Shown here: positions 1 to 9,209 of the stretch, piece by piece
Layout of the letters: each line of letters begins with the position of its first letter
How positions within the stretch are numbered: the first letter of the stretch is position 1
From: Rhabdothermincola salaria
Lineage (GTDB): Bacteria; Actinomycetota; Acidimicrobiia; Acidimicrobiales; Acidimicrobilacustridaceae
Direction: 5' to 3'
DNA: 64,000 nt
Assembly: GCF_021246445.1 (NCBI RefSeq)
Contig: NZ_JAJQXW010000001.1
Coordinates: forward strand, 62,001-126,000
Translations under genes and position numbers: made by a program
Notes under the pieces: generated by a model
Told to the model about the DNA's origin: nothing
What the model saw: only the letters and a program-made list of their open reading frames with translations
Databases searched by the model: none

Positions 1-353
1 TTCTGGACGCCACCGGCCACCACCAGGTCCTGGGTCCCGCTCATGACGCCCTGGGCGGCGAAGTGCACGGCCTGCTGGCTGGAGCCGCACTGGCGGTCGA
101 TGGTGGTGCCGGGCACGTGCTCGGGCCCGCCGGCGACGAGCCACGCGGTGCGGGCGATGTCGCCGGCCTGGGGTCCGATGGTGTCGACGCAGCCGAACAC
201 GACGTCGTCGACGGCCCCCGGATCGATGCCGGTGCGCTCGAGGAGGGCGGCGATGCTCGCCGCGCCCAGATCGGCGGGGTGCACGGTGGAGAGTCCGCCA
301 CCACGGCGGCCCACGGGGGTCCGGACGGCATCGACGATGTAGGCCTCGGCCAT
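1..353 (-). CDS. acetyl-CoA C-acetyltransferase (thiolase), FadA6-like; N-terminal part only, runs off window edge
   Basis: Manual translation: MAEAYIVDAVRTPVGRRGGGL...GTTIDRQCGSSQQAVHFAAQGVMSG, containing the thiolase catalytic Cys motif. Confidence 0.9.
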   Translation of the reverse strand, partial: MAEAYIVDAVRTPVGRRGGGLSTVHPADLGAASIAALLERTGIDPGAVDDVVFGCVDTIGPQAGDIARTAWLVAGGPEHVPGTTIDRQCGSSQQAVHFAAQGVMSGTQDLVVAGGVQ

Positions 354-401
354 TGGGGGGTACCTCGATCTCAGGGGTGGGATGACGCAGGACGGTTGGG
401 A

Positions 402-1604
402 TCAGGTGGCGACGATGGTGCACGAACCGTGACCGAAGAGGCCCTGGTTGATGGCGAGGCCGACCGTGGCGCCCTCGACCTGGTGCCCGGGGCGACGGCC
501 CTGCAGCTGCCAGGTGAGCTCGCAGATCTGGGCGATGGCCTGGGCGGGGATGGCCTCGCCGAATGACGACAGCCCACCGGAGGGGTTGACCGGCACCCGT
601 CCGCCGAGGGCGGTGGTCCCATCGCGGACCAGCTTGGCTCCCTCGCCCTCGGCGCACAGGCCGAGGTTCTCGTACCAGTCGAGCTCGAGGGCCGTGGACA
701 GGTCGTAGACCTCCGCGCAGCTGAGGTCCTCGGGACCGAGGCCGGCCTGCTCGTAGGCGTTGCGGGCGATGGAGTCCTTGAAGCCGCTGGCCGGGGGGCC
801 CACGACGGCCTGCGAGTCGGTCGCGATGTCGGGGAGCTCGAGGCGGATCTGGGGATAGGTGGGCGTGGTGTTGGCCACGGCCTTGATCCGCACCGTGCCC
901 TCGAGGCTGCCGAGCTTGCGGCGGGCGTACTCGGGGGTGCAGATGATGAGGGCGGCGGCGCCGTCGGAGGTGGCGCACACGTCGAGCAGGCGCAGCGGGT
1001 CGCTGACGATCGGGGACGAGGCGAAGTCCTCCAGCGAGAACTCCTTGCGGAAGCGGGCGTAGGGGTTCGCCGCGCCCGCCTGGGAGTTCTTCACCTTCAC
1101 CATGGCGAAGTCGTCGGTGGTGTCGCCGAACACGTCGATGCGGCGCCGGGCGTTGAGGGCGAAGAACGACGGGTTGGTGGCCCCGAGGAGGTGGAAGCGC
1201 TGCCAGTCCGGATCCTCCTTGCGCTCGCCACCCACCGGGGCGAAGAAGCCCTTGGGGGTGGTGTCGGCGCCGATGACCATGGCCACCTCGCCGAAGCCGG
1301 CGAGGAGCTGGGCCCGGGCCGACTGCAGGGCCTGGGCCCCGGAGGCGCAGGCGGCGTAGGACGACGAGATCTGGGCGCCGGTCCAGCCGAGGGCCTGGGA
1401 GAAGGTGGACCCCGACACGAACCCGGGGTAGCCGTTGCGGATGGTGTCGGCCCCGGCGACGAACTCGATGTCGCGCCAGGCGACGTCGGCGTCGGCGAGG
1501 GCTTCACGAGCGGCGACGAGGCCGTACTCCACGAAGTTGCGGCCCCACTTCCCCCATGGGTGCATGCCCGCTCCGAGCACCACCAGGTCGCGGTCGGAGC
1601 TCAT
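402..1604 (-). CDS. lipid-transfer protein / SCP2-type thiolase-like protein
   Basis: MSSDRDLVVLGAGMHPWGKWG..., AACASG, VNPSGGLSSFGE; start overlaps the stop of the OB-fold gene. Confidence 0.88.
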   Translation of the reverse strand: MSSDRDLVVLGAGMHPWGKWGRNFVEYGLVAAREALADADVAWRDIEFVAGADTIRNGYPGFVSGSTFSQALGWTGAQISSSYAACASGAQALQSARAQLLAGFGEVAMVIGADTTPKGFFAPVGGERKEDPDWQRFHLLGATNPSFFALNARRRIDVFGDTTDDFAMVKVKNSQAGAANPYARFRKEFSLEDFASSPIVSDPLRLLDVCATSDGAAALIICTPEYARRKLGSLEGTVRIKAVANTTPTYPQIRLELPDIATDSQAVVGPPASGFKDSIARNAYEQAGLGPEDLSCAEVYDLSTALELDWYENLGLCAEGEGAKLVRDGTTALGGRVPVNPSGGLSSFGEAIPAQAIAQICELTWQLQGRRPGHQVEGATVGLAINQGLFGHGSCTIVAT

Positions 1605-2053
1605 GCGCCCTCCTCCTCGTCGGCGACCGGCGCCCACGTCCAGATCCAGGTCTCTTGCCCGTCCGCGTCGGTGCACAGCACCTGCAGGTCGACCTCGACG
1701 GCCATGCCGATCCGCAGATCGGCGGCCATGATGCCCTTGGCGACCTGGCCCAGGATGACCAGGCCTTCTTCCTCGAGCTCGACCGCGGCGAGGGCGTAGG
1801 GCTCGAAGGGGTCGGGCGCCACGAACGGTGGCGGTGGGGCGTAGTGGTTCTCGGTGTAGGACCAGATCCGGCCCCGCCGGGACAACGGCGTGGGTTCGAG
1901 CTCGGTGGCGTCGCAGCCCGGGTTGGGGCAGGCGCCGGATCGGGGCGGGAACACGTAGGTGCCGCACGTGGGGCACTTCCCGCCGATCAGCGTGTAGGGC
2001 TCGGAGGTGGTGAACCACCCCTCGACCGCGGGCACTCGTTCTCGGGTCGTCAC
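1601..2053 (-). CDS. DUF35-type Zn-ribbon/OB-fold protein (thiolase partner)
   Basis: CPTCG...CPNPGC Zn ribbon, GRIWSYT and PYALAAVEL; adjacent to the thiolase-like gene. Confidence 0.88.
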   Translation of the reverse strand: MTTRERVPAVEGWFTTSEPYTLIGGKCPTCGTYVFPPRSGACPNPGCDATELEPTPLSRRGRIWSYTENHYAPPPPFVAPDPFEPYALAAVELEEEGLVILGQVAKGIMAADLRIGMAVEVDLQVLCTDADGQETWIWTWAPVADEEEGA

Positions 2054-2223
2054 CCGCCCAATCTAACGGGCCGTCCAAAAGCCACGAAACGCCGCGGTCC
2101 GCGTCGTGGGCCGGGCGAGCCGCTAGAAGGATCGTCTCGGCCTCGTCGTGGAGCCGGAGGAGGCATCGATGGCCACCAGCGCGATCACGTCCGGACCGGC
2201 GTCGCCCGACGCCGCCGGACAGA

Positions 2224-2240
2224 TCTGACGCACCGTCAGA
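2224..2240. promoter_or_regulatory. perfect 7-3-7 palindrome TCTGACG-CAC-CGTCAGA, candidate operator; degenerate copy at 2062-2078
   Basis: Lies in the divergent intergenic region; second copy TCTAACG-GGC-CGTCCAA next to the leftward start codon. Confidence 0.55.
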
Positions 2241-2271
2241 GAAATCGGGACGTCGGGCTAGTGTCGGCGGC

Positions 2272-3789
2272 ATGCCCGTGCCCGAGCAGCCCATCACCGG
2301 CGACTTCGGCACCGTGCTCGAGCTCTTCGACGCCACGGTGGAGGCCGCCGGTGAGGTCGACGCGTTCGTCGACGGCGAGCGCCGCATCACCTTCGCCGGT
2401 TGGGGCCGCGCCGCCGACGGCGTGGCCAGTCGGCTGGCCTCCATGGGCGTGGGCGTCGACGACGTCGTCGGCATCTCGCTCCCGTCGTCGATCGACTACG
2501 CCGTCGCCTACCAGGCCGTGCTGCGCCTCGGGGCCGTCGCCAGCGGCATGAACCCGCGGCTCGGGCCCTCCGAGACCGCCCACATCCTCGAACGCAGCCG
2601 ACCCCGCGTCGTGGTCACCGACGCCGACCTGCCCGGTTCGGCGCGCCGCCTCACCGTCGCCGAGCTGCGCGAGGCCGAGGCCGACCAGGTGTTCTCCGCC
2701 CGGCCGAGGCGGCACCACACCGATCCGGTGGCCATCGTCTGGACGAGCGGCACCACCGGCCGGCCGAAGGGGGCGATCTTCGATCACGGGTGCCTCGAGG
2801 CCATGGCCCAGGCCGCCGGCCCGCTCTCGCGCCCCGGCGACCGCCGTCTGTCGCCACTCCCGTTCGCCCACGTGGGCTACATGACCAGGGTCTGGGACGA
2901 GCTGGCCCACGCCATCACCACCGTGGTCATCCCCAGCCCCTGGACGGCGAGCGACGCCCTGCGCCTCATCGCCGACGAGCGGGTCACCGTGGGCCAGGGC
3001 GTCCCCGCCCAGTGGCAGATGATGCTGGCCCATCCCGATCTGGCCGGCACCGACACCTCCAGCCTGCGCATCGTCAGCACCGGCGCGGCGCGGGTGCCGC
3101 CGGAGCTGGTGCGGGCCCTGCGCACCACCTTCGGGTGCCCGGTGGTGGTGCGCTACACCTCCACCGAGGCGTGCGTGTCGACGGGGACCGCCCTCGACGA
3201 CCCCGACGACGTGGTGGCCGAGACCGTCGGCACCCCGGGCTCCGGCGTCGAGATGGAGCTGCGCGCCGACGACGGGCGGGGCCCGGTCGTCCCCACCGGC
3301 GAGGTGGGCACGGTGTGCCTGCGCAGCCGGGCCATGTTCCGGGGCTACTGGCGCGAGCCCGAGCTCACCGACGAGGCGATCGATCCCGAGGGTTGGCTGC
3401 TCACCGGCGACCTCGGACGACTCGACGAGCGGGGCAACCTGCGCCTGGCGGGTCGTTCCACCGAGATGTACATCCGGGGCGGCTACAACGTGTACCCGGC
3501 CGAGGTCGAGAACCGCCTCGGCCTGCACCCCGCGGTGCAGAAGGTGGCCGTGGTGGGCACCCCGGCCCCGGTGCTGGGCGAGATCGGGGTGGCGTTCGTC
3601 GTGGCGGCCGACGGCGCCGAGCCCACCCTCGCCGAGCTGCGCGACTGGTGTCGCGTCGAGCTGGCCGACTACAAGGCCCCCGACTGCCTGGTGCTGGTCG
3701 ACGACCTGCCGCTCACCGCCATGAGCAAGCTCGACAAGCGGGCGCTCGCCCCGGCCGCGGCCGAGGCCGAGACCGCCTGGGAACGCTGA
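2272..3789 (+). CDS. acyl-CoA synthetase (class I adenylate-forming, FadD-like)
   Basis: WTSGTTGRPKG, TGDLG, GRSTEMYIRGGYNVYPAEVE and LADYKAP motifs. Confidence 0.92.
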   Translation: MPVPEQPITGDFGTVLELFDATVEAAGEVDAFVDGERRITFAGWGRAADGVASRLASMGVGVDDVVGISLPSSIDYAVAYQAVLRLGAVASGMNPRLGPSETAHILERSRPRVVVTDADLPGSARRLTVAELREAEADQVFSARPRRHHTDPVAIVWTSGTTGRPKGAIFDHGCLEAMAQAAGPLSRPGDRRLSPLPFAHVGYMTRVWDELAHAITTVVIPSPWTASDALRLIADERVTVGQGVPAQWQMMLAHPDLAGTDTSSLRIVSTGAARVPPELVRALRTTFGCPVVVRYTSTEACVSTGTALDDPDDVVAETVGTPGSGVEMELRADDGRGPVVPTGEVGTVCLRSRAMFRGYWREPELTDEAIDPEGWLLTGDLGRLDERGNLRLAGRSTEMYIRGGYNVYPAEVENRLGLHPAVQKVAVVGTPAPVLGEIGVAFVVAADGAEPTLAELRDWCRVELADYKAPDCLVLVDDLPLTAMSKLDKRALAPAAAEAETAWER

Positions 3790-3812
3790 ACCACTAGGAA
3801 CGAGGAGACGAC

Positions 3813-4718
3813 ATGGGAATCTGTGACGGACGCGTGGTGATCATCACCGGGGCCGGCCGCGGGCTGGGACGGGCCCACGCCCTGGCCTTCGCCGCCGAGG
3901 GGGCCAAGGTCGTGGTCAACGACCTCGGGGCCACGCTCGACGGTCAGGACGTCGAGGGCACCCCGGCTCAGGAGGTCGTGGGGGAGATCGAGGCGATGGG
4001 CGGCGAGGCCATCGTCAACGGCGACGACATCAGCGACTGGGACGGCGCCGGCAACCTCGTGCAGTCCGCCATCGACACCTTCGGCGGTCTCGACACGGTC
4101 GTGACCAACGCCGGCATCGTGCGCGACCGCATGTTCGTGAACATGACCGTCGACGAGTGGGACGCCGTCATCCGCGTCCATCTCCGAGGCACCTTCTGCC
4201 CGGTGAAGCGCGCCGTCGAGTACTGGCGGGCCGAGGCCAAGGCCGACCGCCAGCGCGCCGGCCGGGTGGTCACCACCTCGTCGGGGGCGGGGCTCATGGG
4301 CAGCATCGCCCAGACCAACTACGCCGCGGCCAAGGCGGGCATCGCCGCCTTCACGATCAACATCGCCGCCGAGCTGGGCCGCATCGGCGTCACCGCCAAC
4401 TCCATCGCCCCGTCGGCCCGCAGCCGCATGACCGAGGGGGCCATGCCCGAGATGATGGCCAAGCCCGAGTCCGGTTTTGACGCCATGGACCCGGCCAACA
4501 TCAGCCCCATCGTGGTGTGGCTGGGCAGCGAGCAGAGCGGGCACGTCACCGGGCGCATGTTCGAGTGCGCGGGTGGTGAGCTCAGCGTGGCCGACGGCTG
4601 GCAGCACGGCACCCCGGTCGACAAGGGCGCCCGTTGGGAGCCGTCCGAGCTGGGAAAGGTCGTCGACGACCTGCTGGCCGAGGCCCCGACCCCGGCACCC
4701 GTCTACGGCACCCAGTAG
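3813..4718 (+). CDS. SDR family oxidoreductase (IpdF-like)
   Basis: TGAGRGLG, NAGIVRD, YAAAK; RBS GAGGAG upstream. Confidence 0.92.
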   Translation: MGICDGRVVIITGAGRGLGRAHALAFAAEGAKVVVNDLGATLDGQDVEGTPAQEVVGEIEAMGGEAIVNGDDISDWDGAGNLVQSAIDTFGGLDTVVTNAGIVRDRMFVNMTVDEWDAVIRVHLRGTFCPVKRAVEYWRAEAKADRQRAGRVVTTSSGAGLMGSIAQTNYAAAKAGIAAFTINIAAELGRIGVTANSIAPSARSRMTEGAMPEMMAKPESGFDAMDPANISPIVVWLGSEQSGHVTGRMFECAGGELSVADGWQHGTPVDKGARWEPSELGKVVDDLLAEAPTPAPVYGTQ

Positions 4719-4753
4719 CCCGACCGCACGCGGCGGGCGAGAGGAGGGTTCGC

Positions 4754-5509
4754 GTGGCCGCCAGCCGAGCGTCGACATCGGGGGCCGCGGGCCCTCCCGA
4801 ACAGCCCGATGGGTCCGACGGATCCGACGGATCCGACGGATCCGACGGTCCCGAGCGGTCCGACGCCGTGCCCATCGGGGTGATGGCCACCGACGGCCGG
4901 GTGATCGGCCGTCGCGCCATCGTCACCCGCCGGCGCATCCTCGACGCCACCGACGTGCTGCTCAGCGAACAGGGTGCCCTCGACCTCAAGGTGATCGACG
5001 TGGCCCGCCAGGTGGGTCTCTCCCCGGCGGCCTTCTACCAGTACTTCGCCGACGTCGAGGACGCCGTGCTGGCGTTGGCCACCGAGGCCGTGGCCGGCGC
5101 CGAGACCTTCGCCGAACGCTTCGCCGACGACTGGACGGCTCCCGACGGACTCGACCGAGCGCGGGTGCTGGTCGACGCCTACATCGACTTCTGGGGCGAG
5201 CACCAGGCGGTGCTGCGCACCATGCACCTGCGCGCCGACGAGCGTGACCCCCGGTTCCGCCAGGTCCGACGGTCCTACAACGAACCGTTGCTGCAGGCCA
5301 TGGTGGCCAAGGTCACCGAGGCCCAGGCGGCGGGACGGCTCCCGCTCGACCTCGAGCCGCTGGCCACCGCCGGGGCCATGCTGGCCGTGCTCGATCGGCT
5401 GACCACCTTCCGGGGCACCTTCGAGCAGCGGGGCATCAGCCGCGAGGCCATGGTGGCCACCGTGGCCCGCATCCTGCACACCGCGCTCACCGGCGGCGAC
5501 CCACGATGA
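4754..5509 (+). CDS. TetR/AcrR family transcriptional regulator
   Basis: HTH TRRRILDAT...VIDVARQVGLSPAAFYQYF; GTG start after GAGGAG; low-complexity N-terminus with DGS repeats. Confidence 0.88.
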   Translation: MAASRASTSGAAGPPEQPDGSDGSDGSDGSDGPERSDAVPIGVMATDGRVIGRRAIVTRRRILDATDVLLSEQGALDLKVIDVARQVGLSPAAFYQYFADVEDAVLALATEAVAGAETFAERFADDWTAPDGLDRARVLVDAYIDFWGEHQAVLRTMHLRADERDPRFRQVRRSYNEPLLQAMVAKVTEAQAAGRLPLDLEPLATAGAMLAVLDRLTTFRGTFEQRGISREAMVATVARILHTALTGGDPR

Positions 5510-5805
5510 GCGAGCCGCTCGCGGCGATGGTCCTCCCGGCCGGCCTCGTGTTGGAGCGCACCACCCCGGCCTTCACCGCCACCACCGTGCCCGCCGGGTT
5601 GCTGCGGGCCCATCGGGTCGGCCCGGGCGTTTGGGGCACGCTGGTGGTGGAGTCCGGCACAGTGGTGTTCGTGATGGAGGCGACCGGGGCCCGTCGGCCC
5701 GTCGGGGCGGGCGAGCGCCAGGTGATCCCACCCGAGGCCGAGCACCACGTCGAGCCCTCCGCCGATGCCGTCTTCTCCGTGGAGTTCCACCGCCCGTCGG
5801 CATGA
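5506..5805 (+). CDS. DUF1971 / TehB N-terminal-like small cupin
   Basis: TPAFTATTVPAGLLRAH...GVWGTLVVESG...IPPEAEHHVE; ATGA overlap with the TetR gene. Confidence 0.75.
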   Translation: MSEPLAAMVLPAGLVLERTTPAFTATTVPAGLLRAHRVGPGVWGTLVVESGTVVFVMEATGARRPVGAGERQVIPPEAEHHVEPSADAVFSVEFHRPSA

Positions 5806-5857
5806 CGGGTCTGCCGACCCGACCGGCCCGCCCGGAGCCAGGGGTCTGGGCGCCTGC

Positions 5858-6283
5858 TCAGGCGAAGTCGCGACGGAGCCGGCTGAGGCGCAGGTGGGCG
5901 ATGTGCCAGCGCCCGTCGAGGCACACGTAGCGCTCGTGGTAGTGGCCGAAGCCGTGCATCGAGCCCAGCGGGGCCCCTTCGGGCCACTGCAGCAGGTCCT
6001 CCATGGCCCAGGTGCCGGATGCCTCGGTGGGCGAGTCCACGGTGATCTCGGGCATGTGGCCGTGGTGGACGGTGACCACGCCGTCGACCGAGTCGGCCAC
6101 GAACGCGGCGATCGCCTCGGCACCCTCGACCACCGCGCCCGCCTCGTCCTGCATGTCCATCACGGCGTCGGGGGCGAAGACGGCGGCGAAGCCGTCCCAG
6201 TCCTTGGTGTCGAGGCACCGGAAGTAGCGGGCCTTCAGCTGGGTGATGGCGTGCACGGCCACCAGCCGGTCGACGTCGTCCAC
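5858..6283 (-). CDS. NTF2/SnoaL-like family protein (BaiE-like)
   Basis: LKARYFRCLDTKDW...TVHHGHMPEI...GHYHERY; GTG start after GAGGAGG. Confidence 0.85.
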   Translation of the reverse strand: MDDVDRLVAVHAITQLKARYFRCLDTKDWDGFAAVFAPDAVMDMQDEAGAVVEGAEAIAAFVADSVDGVVTVHHGHMPEITVDSPTEASGTWAMEDLLQWPEGAPLGSMHGFGHYHERYVCLDGRWHIAHLRLSRLRRDFA

Positions 6284-6335
6284 GGTCCCTCCTCGATCGT
6301 TCGTCAGCGGCGCCGCCGGTCTCGCCGGCCCCGGG

Positions 6336-7169
6336 TCACCAGCCTCGGTAGCGGACCTCGCGGCGCTCCTTGAAGGCGGCCACGCCCTCCTGGAAGTCCT
6401 GCGTGTACGAGGCCATCTCCTGGGCCCAGGCCTCGTCTTCGAAGGCCTGCCCGCGGCTCGAGTCGAGGCTGCGGTTGAGCAACCACTTCGACAGGGCGAC
6501 GGCCTTGGTGGGCGACGTCGCCAGCTTGGCCGCCCACTCCTCGGTGGCGGAGCGCAGCTCGGCCTGGGCGACGACCTTGTTGACGAGGCCGATGCGGTGG
6601 GCCTCGTCGGCGCGGATGTCGTCACCGAAGAAGATGAGCTCCTTGGCCTTCTGCAGGCCCACGATGCGAGGCAGCAGATAGGCGCCGCCGCCGTCGGGGG
6701 TGATGCCGCGCCGCACGAACACCTCGATGAACTTGGCGTTGTCGGCGGCGATCACCAGGTCGCTGGCGAAGGCGATGTGGGCGCCGATCCCGGCGGCGGT
6801 GCCGTTGACGGCGCAGATGACCGGCTTCTCGCAATCGAGGATCGACGAGATCAGGCGCTGGGCACCGCGCTTGATGTTGCGTCCCACGTCGCCGAGGGCC
6901 TTCTCGGGGGCGTCGTCGGGGCCGGGGTTCACCGGGATCTTCGACACCCGCAGGTCGGCGCCGGTGCAGAAGTGCCGTTCGCCGGCCGCGGTGATGACGA
7001 CGGTGCGCACGTTGAGGTCGGTGCTGGCCCCGTCGAGCAGCTCGATGGTGCGGTTGCGCTGGTCCGGGGTGATGGCGTTGGCCGCGTCCGGCCGGTTGAG
7101 CGTGAGCCAGGCCACGCCGTCGTCGCCGACCTCCCAGAGCAGGTCCTGGTCCACGGTGCTGTCGCTCAT
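6336..7169 (-). CDS. enoyl-CoA hydratase/isomerase
   Basis: LTLNRPDAANAI, FCTGADL, AVNGTAAGIG, PDGGG, DFQEGVAAFKERR. Confidence 0.92.
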   Translation of the reverse strand: MSDSTVDQDLLWEVGDDGVAWLTLNRPDAANAITPDQRNRTIELLDGASTDLNVRTVVITAAGERHFCTGADLRVSKIPVNPGPDDAPEKALGDVGRNIKRGAQRLISSILDCEKPVICAVNGTAAGIGAHIAFASDLVIAADNAKFIEVFVRRGITPDGGGAYLLPRIVGLQKAKELIFFGDDIRADEAHRIGLVNKVVAQAELRSATEEWAAKLATSPTKAVALSKWLLNRSLDSSRGQAFEDEAWAQEMASYTQDFQEGVAAFKERREVRYRGW

Positions 7170-7359
7170 CGTCGTCCTCGAACGTCTCGGGCGCGGCCCC
7201 CTGGCCGGCGCGTCGTCTCCTCTTCCTACCATCCATGGTGGTCCCGCCCCTCCGCCCCGACCCCTCCGGTGGCGGGGCGGTGCTGGGGTAGCGTCGACAT
7301 CCGTCGGCCGGGGGAGCGCCCGCACGGGGCGCCGTCGACGCAGGAGAGGAAGGGCCCAC

Positions 7360-8130
7360 GTGGACCGCCAGAAGTTCGAGTCGTTGTTCGACATGTCCGG
7401 CCGCACCGTCATCGTCACGGGCGGCACCCGTGGCATCGGGCGCTCGCTGGCCGAGGCCTACGTCGCCGCCGGCGCCAACGTGGTGGTGGCCAGTCGCAAG
7501 CCCGACGCCTGCGCCGAGACCGAGGCCCACCTCACGGCCATGGGGGGACAGGCCCTCGGGGTGGCCACGCACGTGAACGACCTCGACGCGCTGGCCCACC
7601 TCGTCACCGTCACCGTGGAGCGCTTCGGTGGCCTCGACGTGGTCGTCAACAACGCGGCCAACGCCCTCACCCAGCCCATGGGGGAGTACACCCCCGAGGC
7701 CTGGCAGAAGTCCTTCGACGCCAACCTGCGAGGGCCGGTCTTCCTGGTGCAGGAGGCGCTGCCCCACCTCGAGGCCAGCGACCACGCGGCGGTGCTCAAC
7801 GTCATCTCGGCCGGGGCCTTCCTGTTCTCGGCCAACGTGGCCATGTACGCCGCCGCCAAGGCGGGGCTGATGAGCTTCACCCGGTCGATGGCCGGGGCCT
7901 ACGCGTCGAAGGGGATCCGGGTCAACGCCCTCGCCCCCGGCACGGTGAACACCGACATGGTGCGCAACAACCCGCCCGAGGCCCAGGAGCGCATGAAGGA
8001 GGCCTCGCTCATGAACCGCATGGCCCACCCCGACGAGATGGTGGGTCCGGCGCTGCTGCTCACCTCCGACGCCGGCAGCTTCGTCACCGGCCAGTGCATC
8101 CTCGCCGACGGCGGCATGGTGCCCCACTGA
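7360..8130 (+). CDS. SDR family oxidoreductase
   Basis: TGGTRGIG, NNA, YAAAK, RVNALAPG. Confidence 0.9.
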   Translation: MDRQKFESLFDMSGRTVIVTGGTRGIGRSLAEAYVAAGANVVVASRKPDACAETEAHLTAMGGQALGVATHVNDLDALAHLVTVTVERFGGLDVVVNNAANALTQPMGEYTPEAWQKSFDANLRGPVFLVQEALPHLEASDHAAVLNVISAGAFLFSANVAMYAAAKAGLMSFTRSMAGAYASKGIRVNALAPGTVNTDMVRNNPPEAQERMKEASLMNRMAHPDEMVGPALLLTSDAGSFVTGQCILADGGMVPH

Positions 8131-8152
8131 CAGCTGCGCGTATCCTGCGGCC

Positions 8153-8377
8153 GTGCCCGTCTACGAGTACCGCTGCCCCATCTGCGACGTGACCTACGCC
8201 GAGCGTCGGCCCATGGCCGAGTCCGGCGCGCCGGCTTCGTGCCCCGAGGGTCATCCCGGCGGTCGCCGGCTGTTGTCGGTGTTCGCCTCGGTCGGTGCAT
8301 CGTCGTCGCCCGGCCCGGTCCCTGGCCCCGTCGGTGGGGGCGGAGGCTGTTGCGGCGGGGGCTGCGGCTGCGGCTGA
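8153..8377 (+). CDS. FmdB family zinc-ribbon protein
   Basis: MPVYEYRCPIC...CPEGH; C-terminal GCCGGGCGCG. Confidence 0.85.
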   Translation: MPVYEYRCPICDVTYAERRPMAESGAPASCPEGHPGGRRLLSVFASVGASSSPGPVPGPVGGGGGCCGGGCGCG

Positions 8378-8419
8378 GCCACCCGGCCCGGACCCCCGTT
8401 CACGGCCAGCCTGTGCTGT

Positions 8420-9175
8420 TCAGTCGGCGTCGCGTTCGTAGCGCCAGCCGTCGGCCACCATCCAGAGCCGATGGCGACGGCCGGGGCGTCGGGGATCCTC
8501 GTCGTCGTAGCCGGCGTCGCCGTGGTACATGGCCACGATGCCGCCCTCCACGGGCCCGAAGCGGGTGGCGAAGTGCTCGGGCGGCCGTGAACCGAGGGCA
8601 CCGAGGGCCTCGTCGACCGATGCGTGGCCGGCGAGCTGCTCGAGGGTGATCCAGGTGGGTGGGGCCATCTCGATCTCGCCGGCGTTGCGGCGGCTCAGGC
8701 ACTGCCGGGGCACCAGCCAGCCGTGGTCGTGGATCTCGCCGCCGTCGATGCGCAGCCCGGCCAGCTCGGTGGGGGCGGGGGCCACGAAGAACCAGGTGGC
8801 GAAGCGCTTGGGGGTGATCGGTGGAGGGGTCCAGTGCGAGAACCACACGAGGGTGGTCTCGTCGACGGCGAGACCCGTCTCCTCGGCGGCCTCGCGCACG
8901 GCGGCGCGGCGGGCGGCGGCCAGCACGACCTCCGGGTCGTCGGTGTCCACTCGTCCGTCGGGGTAGTCCTCCGGATCGATCCGCCCGCCCGGGAACACCC
9001 ACATGCCGCCGGCGAACTCGAGCTTGGAGTTGCGGCGCACCATGAGCACCTCGACGCCGTCGGTTCCGTCGCGCAGCAACACCGTGGTGGCGGCGGGGAT
9101 CAGCGCGGTCTCGCCCCCGGGTTCACCGAAGCGCCCCTCCAGTCCTGTCGACTCCGCCGGTGTTCCGTCGCCCAT
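8420..9175 (-). CDS. NUDIX hydrolase (Nudt19-like)
   Basis: AATTVLLRD, VFPGGRID, AAVREAAEETG, HWTPP...KRFATWFF. Confidence 0.88.
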   Translation of the reverse strand: MGDGTPAESTGLEGRFGEPGGETALIPAATTVLLRDGTDGVEVLMVRRNSKLEFAGGMWVFPGGRIDPEDYPDGRVDTDDPEVVLAAARRAAVREAAEETGLAVDETTLVWFSHWTPPPITPKRFATWFFVAPAPTELAGLRIDGGEIHDHGWLVPRQCLSRRNAGEIEMAPPTWITLEQLAGHASVDEALGALGSRPPEHFATRFGPVEGGIVAMYHGDAGYDDEDPRRPGRRHRLWMVADGWRYERDAD

Positions 9176-9209
9176 GGCGCCAGCCTACGGCGACCCCGTC
9201 CGACGCCGC

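Noticed and set aside
4813..4847. 9-bp tandem repeat (GATCCGACG) in the TetR 5' region as a phase-variation switch
   Set aside because: Unit length is a multiple of 3, so it only changes a DGS linker
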